A stretch of 63,894 bases of DNA, filler included, from Phoronis australis (lineage: Eukaryota; Animalia; Phoronida), in NCBI GenBank assembly GCA_002633005.1. It is 10 parts of 10 records of this genome, joined end to end, with 100 filler letters (N's around TTAATTAATTAA, not from the genome) between each part and the next. Parts side by side here need not be neighbours in the genome. Positions count along the whole stretch, not along the records: positions 12,004 to 24,977 come from NMRA01000223.1; positions 25,078 to 27,289 come from NMRA01001990.1; positions 27,390 to 38,322 come from NMRA01000491.1; 7 more parts are not named here. One strand, 5' to 3'. Position 1 is the stretch's first letter, and every line of letters starts with the position of its first letter. Position numbers and translations under genes: made by a program. The notes beneath the pieces are model-generated. The model was not told where the DNA came from. It made no database searches and saw only the letters and a program-made list of their open reading frames with translations. Below are positions 22,583-34,668 of this stretch, in pieces.

Positions 22583-25500
22583 TAGATATTTTCATATGCT
22601 CACAAAACGCAGTAAATTTAGGGAGCATAGTTGAGACCTTGCTAAGGAATGTATCCTGAAACCGAACACGGGAGTCCGTAACAGCAAAACGGCATGGGTT
22701 TAGGTGCAAGATTAGGGCTCCACGGAACGTTAACAGTGTTTGAGACTGTTTAGCCGCAAGAAATACATGTAAGGCAGAACTCCACCGTGGGCCGACGAAA
22801 AGAAATGGCGATCAAGCGCCAAGACGAGAACAAATGAATATACTACATGTGTCATTAGTGATTTGTTTTTTCTGGCTTGTCTGGTTCAAAACTGCGTTTT
22901 ATGAAAAGGTGTTGGTCAGTATGAAGTGCAACTGTTGCGAACTACAAACACATGTACGAATAGGTGTCCAACAGAACCTTTCAGAAATTCAGACTAATTG
23001 AAAACCTTACATGTATGTATAACAATCCATGCGAACTAGAAAATGTATTATGGTTAAGAAAAAAATCAGTGATTATGAAATGTGCTTCACATTTCCATGC
23101 CATTTTTACTATACGTTTCCACATGTTTTAGTCAAACTCTTATTTTAGTAACGGTACATTCATAGCAAATTAACCCCGCTGTCGACTTCAATAAAACCTG
23201 TAGAAATGAAAACCTTTCACGGAGTCCCCAAAATGTAAGTGATCTTCGAGTACACATTTTGTCTGGTTTCCATGCCAAATTAACTCGTTAAGCGTAAGGT
23301 ATTTGTGTAAAAATTACTATCGTTTGTCTTACGGTATTAGAAAACTGGATATTAAAACGAAAATCAAAATAGCGTTTTGATATTGATGAATAAATAATGA
23401 TATGAAAAGAATTAGCTGTTTTGGAGAACTCGTATTCAAAGCTCAAACAAGTCCCAATTTTTGACAAACATCATGAGCTGACAAACATGTTTTTGCTTAT
23501 TACGACATGTGCAAAAATTACCTTGTTACTTATTTTTACATTCACTCGCATTGTCAGGTCGCGGTTGCATTATTTACCAATAACACGAAAGTGCTCCATT
23601 ATTCAAAAGGAGTAAATAAACGCAAAGCACGCATCTGATCATTTGTTTCTTAAAAGAGAATGCCACCCAAAAAACAACCTGTTTTGTATCAATTTAGATC
23701 GAGTAGTTCTACTAGATAACGTCACGTACGGTTGCGTTACCTTACACCTGATGGCAGATGGAGGTGTTGGAATTATCCAATGACGTCATTGGTTTCACAC
23801 GCAGTTTATTAAGCAGTTCACAACACTGGTTACTGGTGTCAGCTTATCGCTTGAATTCATCGTTTAACACCAATAAATCATCAACCTTCGATTTAAAACC
23901 CTAAAAATACACCGAGTTCATATAAAAACATCTTGTTTTATTTCGCTGTTACGGATTTATTGGTATTTTGAAAGGCCGTAGCCTACAAAGTTCGGCAGGC
24001 CAATCTACCAAGGTCCGTAGCAGGAGTTTGGGGTCTTTTAGGGAATAAATTTGAAGTGTTCCTCCATGAAAAACAGACAATAGAACCTAGATCCGTGTTG
24101 TTAATACTTCTGATTTTTGAGTTCTAAACACACAAACTGTTGGATATCCCGGCTAGTGGCTGGGAACCCGATCAGACCCGTCGCAGCCGGACTGACTCGT
24201 TATTCTGGTCAGTGTCTCGGAACCCGATCAGGCCCGTCGCGGCCGCCGGAACTGGCACGAACATAAACCAGCTTGAGTTGGAAAGTAAACCTCCTGTCAG
24301 GAAAAAGACTATAATAGTGAGCCAAGGAAATAATGTGCACGTAATTATTTATGTGAATTAGCCACTAAACTGAAAATGTACTCACTTGTCGATAGCCACG
24401 AAATCGGGTTCCCCTTCCACAGGCAGACCGTCAGGGCAAAGGTTGTACAGTAACAATAATTTGAATAATGTATTTGTATTTTAAGTAAAGATCCCAATAA
24501 CAAGTGACCATAGCATATAAAATTGAATAATTGTTTCACAACAGCTTTCTGTCAGCAAACACTGAATTAGCATGGGCTCACACGCCCTCGGTGCCCGGTC
24601 AATAGCGGAGTTGCAACCGAATCGATTTAACGATTGCGCATGTCCGGAAATTAGGGTGCGCAAAGGCTACTGGGATTGTTGATGGTAAACGGGATGACTG
24701 ACTGGTTTGCACGACGTGTAGTTTGTGTGCATTAAACTACGCTGCTGTATGTAATTCTGTCGCTATTCGCCCTAATTAGCGCCCATGGCTCAACAAGTTA
24801 ACTTAAAAATCTTAGAGACGCTATTTGGAAAACTTGAGGAGGATTTCAGGTAATTTGTTGAGTCAAAGCTGTATTCTTATTTAAGAATTCAAGCCCTATC
24901 AACGATTGCGAGACCAGCAGCTACGCATTTGTCGGCAAGATTTCGCCCTGGAACTTCAACAAAATTTTATGAAAAATNNNNNNNNNNNNNNNNNNNNNNN
25001 NNNNNNNNNNNNNNNNNNNNNTTAATTAATTAANNNNNNNNNNNNNNNNNNNNNNNNNNNNNNNNNNNNNNNNNNNNCCAAAACCTCCGTTTATTCGTCT
25101 CAGATATGGGTGCCTGACTTTTACCTATACAACAGGTACAGTGTACGCCAGTACTGTGCCCGCCTTGAGTTTTTAATGTTTCGTTGCTGTGTTGCTTGTT
25201 GCCCAGTTCGTTTGAAAACTTTCGAATGAAGTACTCATAATTCTGTGTAATTGTCCAACAAAGCTCTCCAGCAATATGAGAACTTTTGACATTATACGAC
25301 GTTATTGATTCACTATTGTCATTTCTCATGTCTCAAAAAGTCTTGGTATTAGATTAAATCCTAGTCCTTATGATTTCATTGGCTGTCGAATGTGGAAGCT
25401 AAAAATTCACTTCGTCCCATAACCTGAACATTGGTGTCACTATCTCCAAATTCACGTGCGCAGGTATGCCAAAGCCACGACTTACGCTGCCGCGCATGCT

Positions 25501-25668
25501 GATCTAGGATCTGTAGGCATGGTCAGGCAGATAACAGACATCTCCGAGATGCTACAATGAGTCATTGTAGCAATACAAATTTGGACCTGTGCCTCCGTGG
25601 AAGTACCGTCCAATTTCACTGCCTGTTGTGTAGCACACCAAAAAAACAAACTCGTTTTGCTCTTTAAG

Positions 25669-25807
25669 TGCCAGCGGAGACACGTTTGACGTCACCAGTG
25701 CAGCGTTTGTCAGCCTTTTTGCTAATGGCCAGATACAGTGGAACTTTCCAAGGAAGACTTACAGCACTTGTCTAGTTGACGTAACCTATTTTCCGTTTGA
25801 CCATCAG
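25669..25807 (+). CDS. Cys-loop ligand-gated ion channel (nAChR-like) extracellular-domain exon
   Basis: ctttaag acceptor and gtaaat donor; ASGDTFDVTSAAFVSLFANGQIQWNFPRKTYSTCLVDVTYFPFDHQ carries the Cys-loop signature CxxDVTYFPFDxQ. Confidence 0.92.
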
Positions 25808-25903
25808 GTAAATAGAAAGACAGCTTTTTTGTTCTATGAACGCGTAAGATGGCATGCCATGTGTGCTTGTTTCATATTTTGCCTACCTACTATATAGTGC
25901 CAG

Positions 25904-26304
25904 GGACCGGTCTCTAATCTTTGTACTCGAAACAAACTCGAAACTATTTTTGGCAATTTCTCTGCTCCTTTTGTGCGAACTTAAGATAATTGGTTACCAG
26001 ACTGTGCTCGAATACATCATAGTTTATGCATAGGAGTTTCTAGTTCAAGTTTTCCCTTGAAGACCCTTATATTCTTGCTACAAACTCGAGTAAAAACTCG
26101 AAATTTCGAGCTCAAACTCGAACTTATTGCTTTAATATTGAGTTTACAAACTGTGAACTAAGGGCAATAAATTATCTACGTAAGTTACTGTGTACTCGAG
26201 CATAGAATAATAGACACTTATCTTGAGTTCGCCCAAAAGTAGAGTAGAAAATGCCAAACCTAATTTCGAGTTCCATTTCGAGTAAAAAGATTGGAGACCG
26301 GGCC
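25904..26304. mobile_element. PIF/Harbinger-type MITE in the channel intron
   Basis: TIRs GGACCGGTCTCTAATCTTT / AAAGATTGGAGACCGGGCC; CAG duplicated on both sides; internal AAACTCGA repeats. Confidence 0.85.
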
Positions 26305-27204
26305 CAGGTTTCTGTCAGTATTGGCTGCGTTGCAAGAACCATATGCATTAGTTTTTTTTCTTTTTGTGATATTGTCTGAGACTCACTATTGTCTTGACTG
26401 AGAATGTTGCCGAAAATTAAACACAGTTAAAGTATTTCAGAAAAATGCTGTCGCGTCAGTAAAAACGACTTGCTTTTATTTTTGAGCATACAATGCGAGA
26501 GACCGGGGTAGAATTCAGTAACACCAGGACCTGACGATAAGACCTCGGTAAAAAGCAAGACTTCGCGAGATTACGTGAGATATTCAGCCGTACATTTTAC
26601 ACGAGGACACGTGATTTTGGCTAGATTAGTTATTTCATTGAGAACGGATAACCACGGGCTGAAGTTACCCTGACTTGCTCCATATCCAGGTATACGCATT
26701 CTCAAAGAGACTGTAAATTTGAGTAAGTTTTTATGTCGTTTCAAGATAGAAGATGAGCATTTTTGTAAGGAATTTTCATTTTTGGAAAATAGTGCCGAAG
26801 TATAGCTCCGTCTCCCCTACGTTTCTCTGTGTGACCATATTAGGTTTGAAAGGTGTATGGGTTGAATGATCTTCGAGGAACGATATGTCATGAGAACAAC
26901 AAGTACATGTATATAGTTAAGTATTATGTTCGCACACAAACATTAAGTCTGGTCTTCACGTCACCTGTTGGCCACATCAAGATTTACATATTTATATAGA
27001 CGGTGTAACAATTAATCAAACTCACTGTGATAATGAATAAAACGCATGCACATGTACACATAATTTACATTTCAGTATTCTTGACCTTTGATCATACACA
27101 TCGATGTAGGCTACGGGAGGGAAATTGGTCAAGAATAACCAAACTCGTTCGATCCGACGCAGTGTTCAGTACAGTTTATCGTGTTCATTACTTCTAAATA
27201 ACGA

Positions 27205-27206
<2 letters not shown>

Positions 27207-27289
<83 letters not shown>
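27207..27289. repeat. (CA)n microsatellite at a contig end
   Basis: About 41 CA units. Confidence 0.99.
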
Positions 27290-27389
27290 NNNNNNNNNNN
27301 NNNNNNNNNNNNNNNNNNNNNNNNNNNNNNNNNTTAATTAATTAANNNNNNNNNNNNNNNNNNNNNNNNNNNNNNNNNNNNNNNNNNNN

Positions 27390-28243
27390 ATTTTTTGACC
27401 CCGATTTCAAAACTTCTTTCATCGTTGGATAGCCTTTTACTTACTGACTCCAAAAACGTAGGTCGCCACTTCTGGTGAGCCCTAATAAGGTCACGGCAGA
27501 GGACTAAATTTGGAAAATTGGGGGGTAGTCTGTGACGTTGACCTTAAACCTTGACCCCGCAGGAGACAGGGACCTACAAATAAGACGCATTTGAAAACTT
27601 GTCCTTAAAATTGCTTTGAAAATGTCCCGGGTTGATAGCTTTCAGGTTATTGGTGATGAACATATGACTTCGACAAACCGTAGTTCATCTTGGCACAAAT
27701 TTTCTGATATTGTGAAGGGGGTATGTGAGTTTGGGGCACTCCTGGGCCCTTTCTAAGGCCAAGAAAAGTATGATAGCTATATTTGTAGAGGGAGGAGACA
27801 AAGGGCTATTAGATGCACAAAGAATTTTTAAAATCGAAGACAAAAAGGTTTTCGACCAAAAACAACCTAGGCCTATAGTCCAGGGGTTTTTGGGGCCGAA
27901 AAAGTTTTTGTCTCCAATTACAAAAATTCTTTCCCAGATGGACGAGGAATGCCGAGAAACTAATTTCTACCAAGTTTGAGTTCGATTGGATCATTAATGA
28001 GGTCCCACGGCAAAATCAAAGTTGAAAGACGTCATTCTGAGACCTTTTTCCCGCCTAAAATTTTTTGACACCGATTTCAAAACTTCTTTCATCGTTGGAT
28101 AGCCTTTTACTTACTGACTCCAAAAACGTAAGTCGCCACTTCTGGTGAGCCCTAATAAGGTCACCGCAGAGGACTAAATTTGGAAAATTGGGGGGTAGTC
28201 TGTGACGTTGACCTTAAACCTTGACCCCGCAGGAGACAGGGAC
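27390..28243. repeat. About 671-bp tandem unit plus a near-identical partial second copy
   Basis: 27391-27573 is repeated at 28062-28243 with few mismatches. Confidence 0.92.
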
Positions 28244-30252
28244 GAGACCATGAGGGGAAAATTCCATCAGGAATGGGAAAATGACAGCAGTAGGTTTCTG
28301 CGACCAGTTAAACGTACAATGTACAGCTGTCCAAAATTTCCCTGCTGAAAGCGTGAAGAAAAAAGCCAAGTCATCGGCCTCCCAGAGAAACACCACAGCC
28401 GCAGAGAGCCTAAGAGATTTGTTCATACGCATAGTCGTAGTTGTAGCAGAGAGGGCAGACTTCGATCTTCGACAACTTCTGATCTCACATCCTGTCACAC
28501 CTTATCCATTAGCACTTGCTCACTGCGATGGAGCGCTCGTCAAAACGGAAAAGTCTGCTTTGCTGAAAAAAAATGAATTGTTCCAGACAGAACCTATAAC
28601 AGATGGTCAGGAGATTTTCTACACGACTACGTGAATGTATTTGAAAGCGGACTTCTTCTGCATTCAGTAATCTCACAGACGAGAATAGGTGCAACTTACG
28701 AATCAGTTGCACGATCGATGTTAGCGGTGGTCTGTTCGGGGAGGGCAGAGGAAGCACACTTTCTTGTGTCTAGACAAGTACGTAGAAAACTCAATTAAGG
28801 ACAGTGAACGGAAACATCGCGGGGACTTTAAATTCCATGTATGCCATAACAGGGACTGATCCAACTATGCGACGGAGCTCACTAACACTTCTGAACAACA
28901 GCGCGTTCAAGAATGAACTGGCGAAGTTCCTTTTGACGGAATGGAGAAAAGACAATTATTGGCACATGTTTCATGGGAAAACCTTATTTGTTTCCCACGG
29001 TGGTGACTGCTACCAGTTCTTTACCGACGATAACCAGCAAATCATGGTGACAAAGCCTGCCCATCTCCAAGGTGACCACGAGGAAGCGGATACGCTGATT
29101 GCGTTCTACGTCGCAAACATTCCAATCGGTCATGTTATGGTAAGGGCTTCAGATACAGATGTTTTAGTAATCTTGCTTGGTACGCTCGGACAACAGCGGC
29201 GAGAAATAAGGTCCACGACCAACGTTGTCATGGACTGTGGGATGGGAAATAACATAAGATTTATCAACATTTCCGACATAGCAAACGTTCTTGAAGAGCG
29301 CAAGTACGGACTTGGCAGAGCAACGCTTGGATATACCATGCCTTCACTGGATGTGACAACACATCTGCCTTTTATAGGTATGTTATCGAAATCTTGATTA
29401 TTGCAGTAGTGACAAGAATTGAATGAATTCAATTACAGTGAGGAGAATTGATTGAATTCGATTAGCTGTGATTATGTCTGCCATGTAAATGAAGTCTAAG
29501 TAACGTATTATGGTTGCCTCCGTTAAATAAAAAAGGTTTCTATTATGAATTAGTTTTACACGTCATTCCTTATTTTCAGAAAAGGCAAAATCAAGCCCTT
29601 GGACATTGCTGAAAGTGATGAAAGGTTCATCAATATGTTCGCTAATTTTGGAAATGTGCATGGCAGCATCGACGTCGGTTTAGTCGCTGAATTCGTATGT
29701 CACATGTACGCAAAAAGTAAGCTCAAAGATGTTAACGAGGCCCGGTTCGTCAAACTTATGGACATGACTGGCAAAGTTGCTGAGGTATGTAGTGATAACC
29801 TGTAAATAATATAAATATTCGATTTCATAATGTTTAACTACCATCAAAGTCAGCTATGCTTATATTTTTTAATTTCCTTTCAGGAGAATCCACTTGCAAA
29901 TGTGAAACGAATTGACTGTGCGTTGCACCCGCCTTGTCTCCGTAGCCTGCAGATGAAGATTTGCCGAACTCAGTACGTCACAGCGCTATGGACCCGTGCC
30001 GCGACAGCATATCCTGGGGATGGACTGACACCAACTGATTATGGTTGGCATGCAACTGAAACTCACACACTTCTGCCTGTTTGGTTTGAGGGGTCCATTC
30101 TCCCTGACATTTTGTTCAGTTCGAATGCAGAAGTCAACAACAGTAACCTTGGGAATGAAGCAACCAGCAATAGAGATAGTTCTTTTGAAGAACTGACAGA
30201 TTCCGAAGATGATCCATGGACTGAAGACTCCGACTCTGATGAAGAGGATTAA
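28244..30252 (+). pseudogene. Academ (AcademX-type) transposon protein, XPG/PIN-like nuclease region; exons about 28244-29377, 29580-29784 and 29884-30252
   Basis: PLALAHCDGALVKTEKSAL, DKY..SIKDSER, HEEADTLI, SDTDVLVILL, GCDNTSAFYR|KGK, LHPPC..YVTALW..PTDYGW; two GT-AG introns restore the frame; several frameshifts upstream. Confidence 0.75.
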
Positions 30253-30849
30253 TTACGGCACTTTGGATTTGACTAAAACATGCACAGTGAATAAGTTGGC
30301 TCATTGGAATGAGATGAATATTGGTTATAGTAATAAGTCTCCTTTTATATTTTTGTGTTTGTTACTCATGTATGGTGTTCTCCAAAAAGGATGAACAGAC
30401 CTTTATGGCACCTGACATTTGGTTCATATAGTCGTCTTAAAGCTGTAACGCAGATAAAACACTCTGTTCATGTTGCGAACTTGTTATTCACAATGCTCGA
30501 GAATAACGAAGTCCTGATAGTTTTTCAGTTAAGTTAGTTTGATAAGCATTTTATTTGCCCGACACAGATATTCGGGCAATAGAACTGTTCGCTTTATGTC
30601 TTCATGGTACAATTAAAACACGTTCAAATTGATTATCCATGGACATGATGGTATACGGTGCTCAATCATCGTGGCGACGGCCCCAAGGATTCATATTGGA
30701 TGAGGGGGTACGCAATCATTTTGTGTCATATTTTTTTGGAAATCGTGACTGGTTTGCGGTTAAGCTAAATAAAGCTTCTTGTTTATGTTTCACTAATTTA
30801 TTTTTTATTATTACTAGAGTATGTGCATTTGAATAGGGAAAGTGGGGCA

Positions 30850-31699
30850 TCTAATAAAGGTCAACCGGGCATGGACCAAATCTCCACTTGCTACTGCCCC
30901 ACAGCGTTGTTGCATGTGGAGTGTTGCTGGGCATTATGCAAAGGGTTTCAAACGGTTACTTGGTGGGTTGATCTACCTCAACTCGGGTATTTGGGCGTGT
31001 CTGGCGGGGCTAACCCACCACTAGATTTGTCTGGCAGTGCTTATTCGTGATACCCGGGGCTACGGTAAATATTTTGCAACTGGTTTCGTGCGGTTACCTC
31101 TTGGATTGATCTAGCTCAATTTTAGCCCTTTTTGATAATCGTCTGGCAAGGGCACCCCACCGCAGAAATTGTCTGGCATCTAACTTTTATGCCATGTTCA
31201 GTGATGCTGAACATCGTGCAATTGGTTTCAAGTGGTTACCTGATGGATTGATCTAGCTCAATTCTGGTATTTGGGCGTGTCTGGCGGGGGTAACCCACCA
31301 CTAGATTTGTCTGGCAGTGTTCATTCGTGATACCTGGGCTTATGGTGAAAATTTTGCGACTGGTTTCAAGCGGTTACCTCTTCGATTGATCTAGCTCAAT
31401 TTTTGTACCCTGTATATGTTCGTCTGGCGGGTAGTCCCCACCACTGAAATTGTCTGGCAGTGGCCAATTTTGATACAGTGGATTACGTAGTAGGTATCCA
31501 AGGCAGTTTGAAGTGGTTACCAGAAAAGTTGATTTAGCTCAATTTTCGAGTGTCATTCTCTTGGCTCCCCTGACCACACCCACCAGAGCGAACCTGCCAG
31601 ACGGCCATTTCCAAGCATCAGGATACCCATAGAGCACTGTGGCACCAAAGAAAATTGGTTACCTTTTCATGCCCAAAAAAGCTCTGGGATCCCGGTCTA
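30850..31699 (+). mobile_element. Subterminal tandem repeats (about 140-150 bp units) and probable 3' terminus of the Academ-like element
   Basis: Repeated GGTTACC..GATCTAGCTCAA..GTCTGGC..CCACC..TTGTCTGGCA; ends ...GGGATCCCGGTCTA. Confidence 0.6.
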
Positions 31700-34537
31700 T
31701 CAGATTCCCTAAACCTTCATGAGACAACTTTTATGATGCCTATTCAGCACGCCCTTTGTATCGATTTAGATCTGAGCTAATGAGGTGGAAGGTAATAGCT
31801 AGCACTACTTTCTTACCAATGGTGGTTGTTATTACATCCAAATTGGTTTTCACTGGCATTTCCGCAGAGTTACGGCCTGCAATGTGAAGAGTAATTTTAA
31901 CTTGGTACATTTTAAATATTGCAAAAAGACTAAAAATTTAATTTGTGGTGATCTTGACAAAGGGCCACTTCCCAAAGGCACGTTGGTTTTAAATATGTTT
32001 TGTACCCTGTATTCATTGCTTTATTTTTAATAATCCCGTCTACTTGTGTTATTCTTACCGGTTAGGGAAGCTATCTTTTTTGTTTTTAAGCGAAGTATCA
32101 AAACAACTTAGAATTCAGTTAATTGCGAACCCTACCTGAATTTTCCATATTAGAGATACACCAAACATATCGAAGCAAACAAAACTACAAGTGTCATTAG
32201 TTCAAGTTCAATCTTTATTAAAACTCAAATCATAAAATATTTACAAACTTCCAAATATGGTGATAGCCAACCTGAAGATTTGGAACCTCTGGACAACTGA
32301 TTTTGGTTACAGTAACTACATAACTATTGTAACTAATTTTCCTGAGTCACAAAAATGAAATCACAGCTCTTGCCCACCAAGCAACCTCATCCCACGGTTG
32401 CACTCTCTCGTTGACTACAAAGCTAGCCATTTTCGTATCTTCACACGTGTTTCATTAGTACAACAAGCTAGGTATCAAAATTGGCGCATTTCCGCGAAAA
32501 GCAGGCTGGCGTAACGGTAGGACCTACGCTAAGACCTAGCTAAACTCTACCTCAAGTCACGTGCTCTCATTTACAATACACATCAGCATCTAACGTAATG
32601 TCGCAGTCTCCCTTTTTAGCGAGGTCCCAGCGCTAGTGAACGGGAGGCAATTTTCCGGTTAGTGTACTACTGCTCGAGTAAATCATTTCGGCAGGCACTT
32701 GGCCATAAGCGATGTATTGACATCTAATTTATACACTGTGTGTTGTTCACAGGTGTCAATAATGTAGTTTAGTTGTATATTAAGAGAATAATGCACGTGA
32801 TACAGTACAGCCACTGAATTATTAGACTTCGTCCGAACTGCCTCACGCCTGGCCCGACCGGAGCGTAACAGGAACGCAGGCGTGAGAGAAATCAAGGACG
32901 GTTTTCTCACGCCTACTCTTCGGGTAGCTCTGACTGTTTCCTCCGGTTTGGTTAACGCCTTCCTCACACTTTTCTCACGTTTCCCTCACGCTTACCTCAC
33001 GCTTTCCTCACGCCTTCGGTAGTTGTGTTAACATGGTGCCCCGGGCTGATAAAAATATCGTGTAGATCTGCGTGTACAGGTGGCGTTGTTGGTGTAGCTT
33101 GGAATAATCAGTGGTTTTGGCATCTTATTCCACTGAGTTCCTACAAACTCCGCATTTTCCTGTATTCGTCATAAAATCAAACTCTTTCAACTCGTCTGGC
33201 GTTACATGACATTTATGTTATCCAAGTTATTACTACAAACCATGTCCCATCAACCACTTAACCTTGGTTAGTAAACACTTAGACCACATTAGTGGCCTAA
33301 AGTAAAGATGAACAAACGCGACCCTCTACACTCGTTCACAGTTTAGGCGGTTGCATACTCCGCAAAACTCATCACAGCTGGATATACTTAATTCGCCCTT
33401 AGAAAGCCCATCCATGTTGACTCAAATATTGTCACTCAGTGTATTCTTGAACCGCACTCGTGGAGCAGAAAATTTCAGTAAGCTCGGGTGATGGCATATC
33501 AAGCATCCCATCCACTACTGCGCGAGCGCATGTTAAGTCCCCAACGCCAATTGCGGCTTTATCGGGCCCACGTAGTCCACCTATCTGAATCGTCAAATGG
33601 TAGTGTTCACTTTCTCGGCATGATGCCGAAATTTGGGATGAATGGGCTCAGAATTCACGTGCTCTGGGTTATGTGCTGACAATTGAATTCTTCCCTCATG
33701 CACACGTATGTCAACGTTTCCTATGTTTATTTCAAAAACAAATATATACAGTGAGAAGTTAAGTCTGGCGTTATATTTCATGAAGTGACTTGAGATTTGA
33801 GAAAGGAATTTGGCCTTTCGCTCCACGTAAGGATTTCCGCCGGAAAAATAGTTGAAACTCACCTGAACAAAATAATATGAGAAGGTACACGTCACTGATA
33901 GTTACTGAGATTTTTTGGATTTTAGTTTTTGACTGCGATGCGCTCTTAAATGCTTGACAAAACTTTATACATTAAACGTGAAATGGGAGCGTAAGACCTA
34001 GATTCTGTCTTTTAGTCACTTTATGAAATGGACCCAGGAGCCGTCTGCATGTGTCAACTCAAATAATTTGTAGAATGGGACTATTGTGGAATGTCACACA
34101 ACTGGTTGCATGTCGCCGTCTTCAGCCTCTCTTTGTATATATTGACGATTGATTACTTCAAGATACTGATGTTGCTGCGTGAAAACCCAGTAACTGCACA
34201 CTTTCTCGAATAGGCCAATCGCAGGTTCAATTGTTAATAATGCTAAATTCTGTGTTACTGAAGGCTACCTGACGAAAAAATGAAATCTATTGAAATCGTC
34301 ACTGTCATTGCCAAAATACATATCGAAAGTTTACATGATTCTATTGAGTCTGTAGACAAGTTACTGACGGAATATCACGGGGGTGAATTACAGTTCAAAA
34401 AGCTAGTTGAAAAGCTGACCGAGAGAAAAGTTCGCATACAATTTACACCAGTTAGGGATTTGTTAAATATACATCAAGATTCCGAAGTAATTCCACCTAC
34501 GATATTTGATAGTTTAATGGTTTCCGTGAAATATATA

Positions 34538-34668
34538 CACAAAACGTACCGAGCGTGGCGTACATGAAATAATATCCCACGAGACATTATTCCGCGTATC
34601 GACCGAGACCGAAGGAATAATGTCTCGTGGGATATTATTTCATGCACGCTACTCGAGGTACGTTTTGT
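34538..34668. repeat. Long palindrome/hairpin element
   Basis: Perfect 31-bp arms at 34563-34593 and 34614-34644, imperfect extension, 20-nt loop. Confidence 0.92.
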
